Source of the DNA: the human T2T-CHM13v2.0 reference genome, Homo sapiens
Direction: 5' to 3' (one strand)
Length of the DNA: 64,000 nt
Assembly: GCF_009914755.1 (NCBI RefSeq)
Contig: NC_060932.1
Shown here: positions 16,371-30,852 of the stretch, piece after piece
How the letters are laid out: every line of letters begins with the position of its first letter
Position numbering within the stretch: the first letter of the stretch is position 1
Notes under the pieces: model-generated
Seen by the model: the letters and a program-made list of their open reading frames with translations, nothing else
Told to the model about the DNA's origin: nothing
Databases searched by the model: none
Program-made: the position numbers and the translations under genes

Positions 16371-16700
16371 TTCAAATGTAATGGCAAAATAGAAGCATTT
16401 TTCGCACACAAAAAGAATAATACAATTTATTGTCCACAGAACTGAAGTAAAAGAACTATTAAAGTTTGTGCTTTAGCAATAAGACAGTGAACTCAGGATG
16501 AAGGTGAGGGTCTAAGAATTTCTGAGTTGAACTACAGTTTTAGAACATGTATTGGTAAATTTACTTTAACATTAATCATAAAAATATAAATACCCCTTTT
16601 TAAAAGGGAAAAACTAGAACTATGAGCAATAACAAGATTTTGTGGGAAGTGTTCAATGGATAGTTAAAGCATTCTATGGAAATTCTCAGGATAACAAAAG
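16371..16700 (+). mobile_element. Old L1 (L1ME-like) ORF1 end fragment
   Basis: ttcaaatgtaatggcaaaatagaagcattttt ... aaaagaactattaaag resembles degenerate ORF1 C-terminal DNA. Confidence 0.5.
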
Positions 16701-16757
16701 AGATAATGAGTAGCAACAGTCCTGTTGGAAAAATTTACATTTGGTAAAATTTATAAA

Positions 16758-17140
16758 TGTAGCATCTATCTGTAAGTCTGTTCTTTTTATAGTTGAATAT
16801 ATCCGTTCATATGGACATACCATATTTTGCTTCTCCATTAACAAGTTGATAGACATTTCAGTAGTCTCCAAATTTTGGCTATTATGAATGATGCTGTTAC
16901 GAACATTCATGCACAAGTCTTTGTCTGGACACAGATTCTCATTTTTCTTGAGTATAGATCTAAGAGTGAAATTACTGGGTTATATAGTAAATAATAATTT
17001 TTGAGTAAACGTAGCATTTCACATTCCCACCAGCAATGCATGAGAGTTCCAGTTCTTACATTCTCGTCAGTCCTTGTTATTATTAGTCTTTGTTTAGAGT
17101 GGGTTCTAAGTATATCTCTTTGTTGTTTTAATGTTAAATA
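16758..17140 (-). mobile_element. L1M 3' fragment
   Basis: ttttggctattatgaatgatgctgttacgaacattc; cattcccaccagcaatgcatgagagttccagtt. Confidence 0.8.
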
Positions 17141-17257
17141 CACCCTTTCGAACTAGTAAAATCTTTGAGAAACTGTGACTCCTCCCTAGCTCTCTGGACT
17201 CCCAAAGCTTTAATCCACTGTTTAGTGTTCTTTTAACAATTATGATGTGGCTATAAT

Positions 17258-17466
17258 TTATTCATTGATCAATTCATTCATTGATTCATTAACTCAACAG
17301 TGATAACTGAACATCTGCAATAGGTCAAGCGATATTCCAGGAATAAAAAACTGAATTAAATTGATTCCTGCTCTCAAGGACTTGACTAACCTAATTGGAA
17401 ACATGGACCTAGACAGTAAGAATTAAAATACAATGTGGTAGATGCAAATAAAGTACAAAATGTTAT
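17258..17466 (-). mobile_element. L2 3' end
   Basis: (TTCA)n-like tail followed by ttcctgctctcaagga. Confidence 0.65.
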
Positions 17467-18000
17467 TCAAGTTCTGATCTAGTCAAATCTTAATATGTCA
17501 AGGGCTTTCAGTTGCCATTTTCCTTGTCATGAGAACGTCTTTCTAACATGCTCAGGGTTGATTTCTAATGGTAAGAGAATGAGGTTGGAATGAGATAGGA
17601 GCTGACTTCCAGTCAACACTGTGGGCTCCACATATCACTTTTCTTTAGTCCATTATCAGTGCTATTATCTAGTTCAGAACTTGATATGCTCAAAACACCC
17701 TAGTTTCTGTTCTTGCATCTTAAAGTAGAAAGATCAGATGCTATTTCCATTAGTTGTCCATCTAAGGATACCATATAGCTATTCCCTTGATAGATTTAGT
17801 TTCACCACCTTACATTGAATTTTTCTTAAGAAGGAAGCAACTAAAATAAACAAGAAGTTCAATCCTGAGATTCTGAGGGCAATGGCATTTGCAAGCAATT
17901 TGTGGCAGGTAAGAGAGCAGTCCATAAAGTACTTCCTCCTAGGATGTTCTTGTGATTTCTGCTCTAATATATCTCCCACCCCCAAAATGCATGCAAGTGC

Positions 18001-18002
<2 letters not shown>

Positions 18003-18048
<46 letters not shown>
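18003..18048 (+). repeat. (AC)23 microsatellite
   Basis: Uninterrupted AC run. Confidence 0.98.
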
Positions 18049-18051
<3 letters not shown>

Positions 18052-18681
18052 CACCACCTTCTCCACTTCCCTAAACCCAATGAATGACTAACTTGCACAA
18101 CATTCATCCACAGATTTTAAATATGAATACAAAGAAGGGATTCTAGTGATTGATACTTTTCCTGACCTTTAGATAACAGTTAACTAAACCATTTTAAGCT
18201 GATGTTGACATAGCCTATTAAATATCTCTACAGCAGAAATTCTATAATCTGCATTGTTCAGAAGTCCTGAAGTCTATGATTTAATGTAAAAATAGACCAG
18301 AAATCTGAAGAATTTATACAATTTATATTTATAACACAGTTGACTTAGTTGAATGTGTCAGAACACAATATGTGTACATATAAAATTTTTGGTGAAGTAT
18401 GCCATAAAATTATAATTTGTTCATTAATTTTACCAGTTCACAAACATTTCTTAGGTATGGGTAATATGTCAGGCTATATGCTAGTTATTGTGGATACATG
18501 GATAAGAAAAAGACAATCCTCATCTTAAAGGAACAAACTCATTGGAGATAGACCTGTAAACAAAGAATTACCACACACAGTAATAAACATAGGGGAAAAA
18601 GAAAAATTAATCATCAGAATAGGAATGAAGGAGTTTTAGGGAAGACTTCCAAAGAAATAGGTTTTTGAACTGTGTCTTAAA

Positions 18682-18853
18682 TATTTGCTACTCACAAAGT
18701 GTGGTTTTCAAACTGGGGGTATTCGCCTTTTCCAGAAGCCTGTTAGAACTTCAGAATCTCAGATCCCATTCAGGACATACCAAATCAGGATCTCTATTTT
18801 AATAAGATCTCTGGTCATTTGTATGACATTAAATTTTAAGAAGGTTTGCTTTA
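18682..18853. mobile_element. MER5 (hAT-Charlie) MITE
   Basis: ctactcacaaagtgtgg ... cctgttagaacttcagaatctcag ... ttttaataagatctctggtcatttgtatg. Confidence 0.75.
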
Positions 18854-18934
18854 AAGGATGGTGAAGAATTCCCAAGTAGGTTTGAAGGAAAGGAAAAATA
18901 TTCTCCAGAAGTGGGAACGATACTTGTAAAGGGA

Positions 18935-19370
18935 CTATCTTGGACAAGATTCTCCTCAGAAGCACACTCTGAGGCAAAGAGTTGAGTACAGCAGTTTATT
19001 TGGGAGGAAACACTAGTAGGGGAGTGGGAAGTGAGATAAGGAAGGGAAGAATGACTGTAAAGAGTGTCTTTTCTGGCAGATTACTTCTGTGAGCAACTGG
19101 GTCTCTCAGTTCTTTGGGAGCACCCTGGGAAACAGTGTGGCTATGACTTGGAGCTGCTCACCAGTTCCAGTCATTCTGTGGTTGAGAGCTGCTCCCTATG
19201 GATGTTAATTCTTCTCTATTTTAGATTTTCCACAGGTGTGGGCCCCATTAGCTCTGGCCACCTGAGAAAGCCCTCAGGCAAAGAGTCGCAGGTGAAAGCC
19301 AGCAGTTAGAGGTTCACAGAAATGGTGAGTGCTGAACGGATATGGGTGGGTATCAATGATGGCTGCTATA
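18935..19370 (-). mobile_element. LTR16-family (ERVL) solo LTR
   Basis: agaagcacactctgaggcaaagagttgagtacagcagtttatttgggagg ... gggagtgggaagtgagataaggaagggaag. Confidence 0.72.
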
Positions 19371-21169
19371 GAGATCAAGGCATGAAACGGGACTACAAGG
19401 TATACTCAAGGAATTGCTGGTTGTCTAGCATTCTGGGAGTGTAGGGAATAAGTGTGGAAGTATCAGGATCTAAGGGTGTCTAGATACATAACAGCCAAAT
19501 CATGAAGGGCCGTGTGAGGAAGACATGCTAAGGAAGTTGGAACTTATTTTGCGGGCCACTAAATATTTAAAAAATAGAGTGTCATAGTAGAAATTTCATC
19601 TTTGGAAAGATTATTTTGCAGTCTAGAGGGTGGGACTTCAGTGAGACTGAAGACAGAGAGGCCAGTTAAGAACTCTATCATCTTGGATACAGCTTTTGTA
19701 GTTACGGTATCACCATTAGCTGACTGGATTAATTAATATCTCTATTGAGCTTCTGCTGTGTTTGCAGCATTTTGCAGGTAGCTGTGTGAGGTATATCAGG
19801 TATTTTCTTTAATTAATGAAAATAATCTGTTTAAAGTCTATTCAATATATTGGTGCTATTGCTGTATGTTAGTAAGTGTTGGTGTGTTTAAATTTTACAT
19901 GATGTGTATATATCACAGGTCTTGAGTACGCTAGCTGATACCTAGTATCATTCTCTAAAAAACGACCAATAGTATTTTTCTTTTTCCTGAGAGCACAGGA
20001 TGAAATTTAAGCTAATAATTTTCTTTTATACCAAAAAATTACCTTTATACAAATTTTTTAATACCAAAAGTTCCCATTCATTGGGAACTATATGTAGGTC
20101 CCCAGTGAATGAATATATTAATTATTCACCTTGCCCATGGACACTAGTCACATTTTATTTGCGACCATTGCCACATCTCATAGAATAGGAATTTCTTGAT
20201 TATTGCTATATTCACTCATATCAAAGTGTTGCCTTCCATTTCTCTTAGCTAAGATAGGCAGAAAACTTTTTACTAAGCCAGATAAATAATGGCTCATGTA
20301 CTAATCCTTGTGAAATTAAACAAAAAAATCTGTGAAATTAAAAAAAATTATGAAATTAAAAAAAAATGGAAAGAAATTCCTGCCATGTCACTTACTATCC
20401 CTAATCTTAATTTCAGTGTTGTATAGAAGTGTGCTTCTAAAATGTCGTGTTTTTCACACTTTGTTTCAATCCTTGAACTCTATTGAAAAGCTTCATTATA
20501 TATTCTCCATTACTGATCTCGTTATAAAAATTTGATGTTGCTTAAAATAACCATTTGCTTTATTAAGCCAAGCTTTGTTTACTTCTGTATCTGTTGAGAT
20601 TAACCTCCCATCACCATCCTTATACATGTACCCTTTGATTATTCTCAGTATTGATATCTTGGTCTTCCAAGAGCTGTAAGTTTTCAATTCACAAAAGGAA
20701 GGAGGTTCTAGGATTCAACTAATGTGATGACTAGATTTGTATATGGTATTAAAGTATTAAAGGAGAGAATTTCTTCGCCCATAGCTTATCATTTATTTGA
20801 ATGCAGAGAAAATTTACTGGGGAGATTCAAAATGATAAATTTGTCTATGTGGAATTCAATAAGCAAAATGCTGAAATAGAGTCTAAATCTTCCATCATCA
20901 CTAAAGCTGTTTGATAAGAAATTTATCTCCTCTTGTCTGCTTTAGCTTGATCTAAGTTAAGTACTAATGAATCATGACCCAGTCTGTGTTCATTTGTCCT
21001 CACATTTTACTTGCTGTGGCAAGGATTCAAAAGTGATTGATTAATGTCAAATAGGTTTTCGCTCTCTATTGGAAATCTTGCTGCAGTAACACATGCTTTT
21101 TTTGTTTTAAATTTATATAAGGCAACTTTCTCTATGGTGGGTACCGTAGAAGACTAGAAGTTTCTATTA

Positions 21170-21592
<423 letters not shown>

Positions 21593-21659
21593 TTAAAATA
21601 ATTAAGTGACCTTAAAATTCTTGACTAAATTTCTGAGTGATCACTTGTGTATTCTCATC

Positions 21660-21880
21660 AAATGAGGTAGTTAAGAGACCTGAGGAAGAGAATACTTTTG
21701 GATCTGAGTTTCTGTCTGTTAAGTAAAAATGGATTTGTTGTATAATCTGAGTAAGCTGTTTACCATCTCAAGAGTCTCCATTAAGAAAAAAAATGTTAGA
21801 TAGTGGACAACAATGCTCTCTTTATGAGGATTACATGGTGTAAAGTGACTGTCATGTGTCAAAGCTTCATAAATTGGGGA
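21660..21880 (+). mobile_element. MIR
   Basis: atctgagtaagctgtttaccatctc ... gaggattacatggtgtaa. Confidence 0.55.
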
Positions 21881-22739
21881 AATAGATAAATAACTGTGGA
21901 TAGTTTTGCCTTTTTGTAAACAGATACTGATAAAAAGACCTAGAATAAAGGCTCTCTCTTTTAATAATTTCTGAATTTCTTGTAACTTTCCACTGCCTTT
22001 CACTCAAACTCCCCATTACTCCAGTTATGCAGCATTTATGCTGGGGGCTTTATGGGCTGCCATTGCTGCTGTGCATGCTTTTCCATTTAATTTTAAAGTT
22101 CCATTGTTCTAGGGCATTAGGATTGTTATCAGATTTCTTAAGGTCAAGGTCAGTGAGTCAAATATACTGGAGCATAAAACATTTTTTTCATCCTTTTAAA
22201 AGTCACATTTATTTTGAAAAGACCAGGAAACCCACCCATCTTTACCTCTCCTTAATGTTGATCCAATCTGAGCTTTAAATTTTTTACTTTTTGCAGCATG
22301 ATTTGTAACATAGATGGCTAGCCTTAAATTTGGCCAAAAAAAAAAAAAAATGGGTTTCTTTTTTGCTTTTGCTGAAGCGAGCCCTTCTGGTCATCTATAG
22401 GTCAGCTCTTGTTGGTGAACTGATGACAGTGGAGGCACCTGCACTTTGGAAATAAACATTATATCAAAAGAAGTCAAGCAGCAAAGGTTAAACCAGAACA
22501 TGGACCCTGTTGCTCACATGAGCCCCAGGCAGGCATTCTATAGAATCTGAGAAGCTAGTCTCTAGGGAGAGGCAGAACTTTGTGTTCTCGCCCAATCACT
22601 CTCCACTGCTGCTCAGGACAATGCAGACATGCCCTAGTGAAAGTCAGCTCTACCCACGCAAAGCGAGATAGGAGAACATTTTAGGGTGAAACTAGAAAAT
22701 GATACATGAAGATAATTGCAAAAAATAAAGTGATTTTAA

Positions 22740-22930
22740 AGTTTTCTTTGGGGCATGGTCATCTGCATGGGGATATCTAGAACTGTGGCAGCCATCTGGA
22801 GACCTTGAAGCAAGTCAGTCTAAAAGCAGACACTTTGCTATGTCTTAAATCTCACTATTGGCAAAATGGAAAGAAGAAAAGCATCTATGTTTATTACTTC
22901 CACTGGTTTACTGAATTAACCAACATAACA
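22740..22930 (+). mobile_element. Old MaLR LTR fragment (MLT1J/K-like)
   Basis: tagaactgtggcagccatctggagacc ... ggcaaaatggaaagaagaaaagcatct. Confidence 0.5.
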
Positions 22931-24229
22931 AGAAAGGAGAGAGTTTCAGGAATTTTTGTATGTTAAAGAAGTGATTTTTAGATGTTAGCAACTATAAACT
23001 AAAGATGGTCCTTTGAGTTAGAGATAAAATAGAGCTTTTTGGTGACCTCCTTTGTAGTTGAATAACCACTACCTACACAGGATCTTCACTGAGGCAATTG
23101 GTTTTAAATATCACCTTTGAAGCCAACATTTCTCCTGTTAATTTACAATCTTTAGAAAGAGTGATAGGTAATTAAAAGGCTATAACAGGGAATGTGCTCA
23201 CAGAATAAATATGAAACACCTTTGATACTGTGGTGCTAAAGGATAGATGAGAAAGTCTTCAGTCAGCTTCAGGTTTTCTCCCATTCGAATCATGAGGTTA
23301 GCATTTAATTAGTAAAGGGGTGGGACAATGTAACAGACTAGGTATCTAAAGACTCATTCTTTCCTTCACTTAGGAGAATTACTACCAGCCAATTATCCTT
23401 TTACAAAATGCTATTTATCTCATCTTCATGTATACATCTTAGAAATAAGGGAGGATGCTATGATTCATGCCTGTGATTTTGGTCTCTTGGTTTTAAAATT
23501 GCCCGTAAGTGTAGATGCTGTTATGATGTCACACTCACAAGAAACCTGAGTTTACCATCAAGACCCATTGTGAAAGCTTGACATTGTTATTCCAGCATTA
23601 TCCAAAGTTATTATTTTTGTGAGGCAGGATGAAGCTGAATTGAACTAAAGAACTAGACATACTGTACAAAACCTGATGACTTTTTCTTGAAAGCTGACCC
23701 AGACTGCTACAAGCTCTTTAACTTTTGTAATTTAAAATTAATTTGAATGAAAAAATATTAGGAGCACTTGTTTCTGGCTATTTTGAACAAAGTCATTTCT
23801 TTTTGGAACATTAATGGCTCCAAGGTAGAAGGAGAAAAATGAGAACTTGCTTATGAGCTTATGGAAGAAACATTACGTTTTCAAAATGAGAACCCAAGGT
23901 AATTACTTCACTTGAGGAGAAAAGGGAGTATGGCACTTTGGCACATTCCACAAACCAATTAAATATTAGCAAAACAAGTAGCCTTAGAAATGACATTTCT
24001 TTATGTGGAATATATAAGCTCAGATTTTAGAGATAAATCTTATCTCAACACTTCTGTCTCTGCCTCCCTACTCCACTCCTATAAGTTTCTCACCTATAAA
24101 CAAGAAAATATTCTTTAGAGTATCAGCTTGGCATTAGCATAGGTCATGGAAAATCCAGTGAGCCCAGTAACAGAGTGTGATACTGTGTGTAATGCTACTT
24201 CCAGGAAGTGCAGTGCTGCTACCTGGGGA

Positions 24230-24390
24230 AACAGACTCAGATGAATGGGCTGACCTTGGGTGAGTTGTATAGTCATGCTTTCTTGGTTTCCTCAGCTGCA
24301 AAGGGGTAATGGTGATGCTATCTACCTTGCTGGTGTTCCACATATATTACTGAAATGGTAGTTGGTTAACACTTTGAATGAATGTGCTGT
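24230..24390 (+). mobile_element. MIR core
   Basis: tgaccttgggtgagtt ... ggtttcctcagctgcaaaggggtaat. Confidence 0.6.
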
Positions 24391-27300
24391 TTTAAAACTG
24401 CCCTTATTGCCGTCTCTTCAGGGCATAGAAATCTTTTACAGCCAGGAGCTAGTCTACCTGTACACCATGTCCATGAAGCTTGGAAAGGAGAAGAATGTGA
24501 ATCTTAGACGAGAGCATGAGTTCAATTATTTAGATCATGACAAGGCAATGCACTTATTTGTGAGTGGAGAAAGACCATTCTGCATCTGGCAGTGGCCACC
24601 CCCAAATAAACATAAGTAAAATTAAGTTATATTTCCATCATACTCAAATTAAAAATTAAAAAACTGTCCAGAAAAGGGCAAAGATGAATATATATTGAGG
24701 GGAATTGATAATTATTTATTCTCAACATGTACTAATCATTACACTGGAAGAATGCATAAGTTATTTTCATATGGTCTGCTTATAGCAAACTCACTCTTAT
24801 AGCTATCAGATACTCAAGGGTTTTCATTAAAAACCGGTACTCAAATTAATAGTCTTCCAGTTCGAATGGGAATAGGAGAAAAGGTTAGACACGGCTGTTA
24901 TTTCAGCTTTGGCTGCTGTCCAAGACGCTGATGTGCTGTTACCTAGCAGTAGGCATTGGGGCCACAGAAAGCCTATGTGTCAATTCTATGACCAATCTGC
25001 CTGAAGTTCTGCAACAGTGAAAATAGTAACTTTCTTAGAATCCCATGGCTCACAACACTTCTGCTTATAGAAATAAAATTTGTCTTTTGAAGAATGTGCA
25101 CTACAACTGGAAAAATAGGTCAAGACATTTTAAAGTGCATTTAGATAACAAGAAATGTTCAGTGATAGTCACAAAATCCAACCCCTATGTGCCATTAATT
25201 AGTGCACTTTCAGCTTTGAATGCCGTTGGTTGTCCACAATCCAGGCATCTTAAACCTGTAAAAGAAAAGGATGGATTTTATGACCACCTCGCTATGGCGG
25301 TTTTAAATAGAGTAATAACCTAAGTTCTATCATTATTAAGTCTCAAAGACAGTGATGCCTAATAGTATAATTATTTGTCTGTTTATAGATTCTCAATGAA
25401 CAGTATGTCTTAGTTTATTGCTGTACTTGTTTGGATGTTAATTAACTGTCAGAGCAATTAAATAACAATTCTTATCATTTGAGGGGCTTAAGGAGAGTCT
25501 GCTGGGTCAGTTTAAGATTTAAATGTAGTCCAAATTGCCCAAGATAACATTTTTTCCCCTTTCCCTTTAGAAGCATTTTTATATGCATTGTTCTTTAGAA
25601 TCCTCCACAGACAGCATACTCTCCAGTTTTGGAAATTCTGTTTGGAACTCAAAAATGCTCCCTTTAAGGAATGTCTTATAATGATTTTTTTTTTATAACC
25701 AAGCCAGGGATAAAGAAGCAGTGGGTTCAGCCATTTATATCACACCCTTTGCACACATCTTTCCCACCTTAGCTTGCATGTACATATGTAAATAATGTGA
25801 GTCAAGAAACTGAGAAAAATGTGCACATCTTCTACTGAATTCCCCAAATGGGCAACTCAGGCCATTATTGGCTCTTCAGTTACCTAGCAAATATGCTTTC
25901 TGCTAGAAAGAGTGGAAAGGCAGAAGCTCCTGAAATTGCTCAGCTATCTGGGTAAACTCAAGAGCCATGGGACTGGGAATTTCAATCTGGATTCTCTAAA
26001 ATCTCTTTGTGAGTATTGAGGTTGCTTGCTGGCTTAGAAAACTGTCAGTGCTCACAAGAAACTCTTCACAACTATTAACAGATGACTCAGTTTGCCTCTG
26101 TATGTTCTCCCAATAGCAGAATTGTTGGCTGGCACCTGCTCCGCTTTTTAAGCAATCCCAGAAAATGGATGTTAAAACCTTCTGGTGATTCAGCAGCGTG
26201 TGGAAATGTTACTGCTGTGCTAGAAGGATTTGTTTCTACAGGCAAAGAGCTTTTATGTATTTGCCTGGGTTATTTAATAAATTTTGGTTTATAGAGGCCA
26301 TTTATTTATGCTTTTCTGTCTATAGCTGGACCACACTACTCTGTTATATAAACACTGAACCAATCCTCCATGCTACTATATTTTTGAGTTTTTTACATCA
26401 AATTAGTTTTATACATCATACTCTTCATACCACACCAAAAGACTGTTTTGAGGACTGGCCTTCACAAAAGTTGAGCTTTAACTGTATATTTAAAGAAACA
26501 ACTGTCCCCTTTCCACTGTTTTTTCAGAAGTCTGAATCAGCCCCTGCCCCCAGGGTAAAATTACACTTAGCACCACCTCATGCAGCTGGCAGGACAACTT
26601 ATCCAATTTACTCCACAGATATAATCCTGCATTTGAATAACTGAGGTAAACATAGTTTATTGCTACCATAAGGTACTGTCCTTGCAACTGTAGGCAGTCA
26701 TTAAGTCAATGATAATTTATGGTTCTATCACCACAAAAAGGTGTATCAAACTTTTTGAACTCTGCAATCAAAAAGAACTAAAAATGCCCATAAATCTGAA
26801 TGTTATCATCCTAAAACCTTTGAGGATTGAGCTGATGTCATCTTCTTTCCCAGTTATACTGCACCACATAATTATTATGTTAAAAAGAGAAAAGAAAATG
26901 TATTACAAGCCTTGTAGACATAATTTGATGTGAGAAAACCTTAAAATACATGAGTTTCATAAAGTGGAGTCCATCAACCCATGATATAGTCCGTCAGCAT
27001 CTATAGGCCATGGGTCCTGTAGATGTAATTGTCCTAATGAAACAAGCCCATTTAAAGCATATATATTCTGTGCTAGGTTCCGCACACAGCAAATTCTCTA
27101 AAAAAATTGATATTTGGTTTTATAAAGTCCTAAGCTGGCAGTCAAGAAGAATGGTCTCTTTTACACATTCGAAATAGCCATTCCACATCTTGGACCTGGT
27201 CCTGCGCTGTGGACGGTATTATCACCACTGTGTCTTTTAGCTCTAAGACTGTTTTGGAAAAAAATCTTATAGATACTCTAAAGCCATACATTGCAGAAGA

Positions 27301-28822
27301 GAATGTTTAACATTAAGATACAAAAGTAGTTTTAAATTTTAGAGCAAGACAAATAAATTTATTAAACTAATCTCATGTTATTTGTGCCCACACTGAGATA
27401 ACAGACAGTTCTACAGTCATTTTAAAATGCAAATGTTTTCAGTTCAGGAATTAGGCTTATCTTTGGAAAATAGTAATCAAAACCCCAAATGTTATTTAAC
27501 AGGTAAACTCCTTTTGACAGGTTGGGTTTACTTTGGTCTGGAAAATTCTAGTAGAAAAGTGGTGGGATGGAGTTAATTTCTTATTTGTTTTTCCTGCCTC
27601 ATGGCTCCCTCTTGCTAACTAGTTTCTAAACACTTTGGAGTGGAGAAGTAGCAGGGAGAAGAGAGGAAGAAATAAATGGGTAGGGTCTAGGTCTTACTAG
27701 ATCAAAGTAACATGGCTTCTTGCCCTCTGGGGCTGGCCCTTTCTGTTGTGAAAAACATTTTTCAGAGGCTGAAAGAGTGTACCTTCTGGGTCTCATTCTT
27801 TCTTCCCAGCAATCCTCTTGACCCAAGTAGATGCATCCTATTCTGGGTAGATTTGCAGTTTCTTCCACAGCCATTTATCCCTAGCTTGTTGCTTCTGTGC
27901 CTCTTCTGCACCTGCAAGCTATGCTATTGGAAAGAGCCCAGAGTGATCTGGAATCTGCTCTACCATGTTGCACCCCTCTCTGTTGAGGGAAGCACTGATT
28001 CCCCACTGTCCCCCAACAAATTATAGGAGTCTATTTCTCTTCTCCTGACTCCTATCTAGGTATTACTTGGCTCTCACTGTCTAAATTTCCTGGGTAGGTG
28101 TCAGATCCCGGTCTGTCCTGCCCTCCACGTTAGGCAGTCACATAGGCACTCCAAGTAGCCCCATGGACTCACTCTCACCAGACTTGGGGCATCTGCCACC
28201 TTTCTCATGAGTTAAAGGAGAGGGCTCAAAGTCGAGCTTTCTTCAGTGACATCTCAACAAATCCTCCTCACAGGATTCTCCCTCCTACACTTTTGCACAC
28301 ATTTAATATTTCAAAGTGCATAAAAAGGTTCAAGAGATAAGGAAGAATTTCTTGGGAATTTCCTCTGAAAATTTGCATTTAATGATTCCGCAATTCACCA
28401 CGAGCCCCTCATCTTTTATAAGTTAATGTTTAGTTGAAATATCAATTTTAACACCTAGCAGCTTGGCTAGATGGTTAAGCATTTATAGAAAGGATGCGCA
28501 ATGAATACATAATTGCAGAAATACTCTTTTAAAAAATCCACAATTGAGTTTTTTAAGAAACCTAACTACTTTAATGAGATTTAATTCATATACCACAAAA
28601 TTCAACTTTCAAAACGTGTATGACTCACTGTTTTTTAGTGTATTCACAGAATGACGCAACCATCAGAACTAATTTTAGAGTAGTTTCATCACCCTCAAGA
28701 GACACCCTATATCTCTTAACAGTCATCCCCATTCCCTGCCCACTACCTACACCTCTGGAAACCAGAGGTTTCTTCCTGTATCTATGAATTTGCCTATTCT
28801 GAACAGTTAATAAAAGTTAAGT

Positions 28823-29134
28823 GGCTGGGTGCAGTGGCTCACACTTCTAATCCTAGCACTTTGGGAGGCTGAAGCGGGAGGATTGCTTGAGCCCAGGAGT
28901 TCAGGGCAGCCTGGGCAACATAGGGAGAGCCCCATCTCTACAAAAAAGCAAAAACGTTAGTCAGCATGGTGGCATGCAGCTGTGGTCACAGCTACTTGGG
29001 AAGCTGAGGTGGAAGGGTCACTTGAGCCCCAGAGGTTGAGGCTGCAGTAAGCTGTGGTTGCGCCACCACACTCTAGCCTGAGTGACAGAGTGAGACATTG
29101 TCTCAAAAAAGAAAAAGAAGAAAAGAAAAGAAAG
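28823..29134 (+). mobile_element. AluJ
   Basis: ggaggattgcttgagcccaggagttc; gaggctgcagt. Confidence 0.9.
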
Positions 29135-30060
29135 TGAAAAATAGAGTCATACAACATATCACCTCTTGTATATGGTTTCTTTTACTCAGCATAATGTTCC
29201 CAAGATCCATCCGTGTTGTAGTTTCCACTGTTACTTCATACTTTTTACTTCCAAATAATATTTCATTGTATGGATACACCACATTTTGTTGATACATTTA
29301 TTATTTGATGGACATTTGGGTTGTTGTCAATTTTTGGATATTATGAATAATGTGGCTACGAACATTTGTGTACAAATTTTTGAGTGGACATGCTTTCATT
29401 TCTCTTGGGTATAAACCTAGGACTGGATCATATACTAACTGCATATTTAACATTTTGAGGAAGTGTTTACCAAAGTGTTTACTAAAGTGTCTGCACTATT
29501 TTGCATTCCCACCAGCAATGTATGAGGGTTCCAATTTCTCCACATCCACACCAACACTTGTTATTACCTTTTGTTTTTATTTTAATTATCCTAGTGTTGG
29601 TAAACTGATTTTGATTTGCATTTCCCTAATGACAAATGATGTTGAACATATTTTCATTTGTTTTCTGGCCACTTGTGTATATATTTTGGAAAAATGTATA
29701 TTCATGTGCTTTTCTCATTTATTAATTACTTTTTAATTGTTAATTAAAAGTTCTTTATTTATGATGCAAGTCCCTTATCAGATAGATGATTGCAAAATTT
29801 TCTTCCCATCTGTGGGTTGTATGTTTACTTGGTGTCCTTTGAAGCATGAAAATCTTTAATTTTGTTGAAATCCGATATATATCTTTTCTATTGTTACTTG
29901 TACATTTACTGTTATCTAAGAAACCATTGCCTATCCCAATGTTATGAAAATTTATTCTATGTTCTCTCCTAAGAGTTCTAGAGTTTAGGCCTTCAATTTA
30001 TACCAACGATCCATTTTGAATTAATTTCTGTATATAATATGAGAGAAGTGTCCAACTTTA

Positions 30061-30446
<386 letters not shown>

Positions 30447-30787
30447 AAAGGAAATTCTCAAGACTTAACAGCAGCTTGGGTGTTTTGGTGGCATCTGTGT
30501 CCAGGTGTAAGTGATGATAAAACACTATATATGGAAAGTTCAGTTATAAAAATAATTTATTGCTCCTTGAGGGAGTTCCTGACTCAGGACTGAACTATAT
30601 GAAAATAAACATCCCACTACAATTAGTTCATGTTTCTTTATTTTTATTTTTTGGCTGCTGTACACCCAAGATAGCTGCCTTTGGGGTCAAAATGCATTCC
30701 TGCAATTCTTAAGGATTCCAATATTCCTCTCTATGTTGATGAAATAAGGCTAAGGAACAAAAAAGACTGATGTTACCTGTAACAAAT

Positions 30788-30815
30788 TATAAAAACAAAA
30801 ATTGCATTGAGGTTT

Positions 30816-30852
<37 letters not shown>

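Larger units (their letters stand above)
18420..19685 (-). mobile_element. L2 3' region interrupted by MER5 and LTR16
   Basis: L2 antisense motifs at 18430-18680 and 19370-19685 (agccaaatcatgaagggcc, ttggaaagattattttgcag). Confidence 0.7.

Noticed and set aside
26198-26644. 148-aa ORF (also the 158-aa ORF at 46437-46913)
   Set aside because: Low-complexity composition typical of random AT-rich frames with no family motif; the second overlaps L2/LTR sequence.
27700-28260. GC-richer stretch, possibly an old LTR or L1 5' piece
   Set aside because: I could not assign termini or a family; needs a Dfam search.
29461-29490. Triplicated 12-mer aagtgtttac
   Set aside because: Trivial slippage inside a dead L1.
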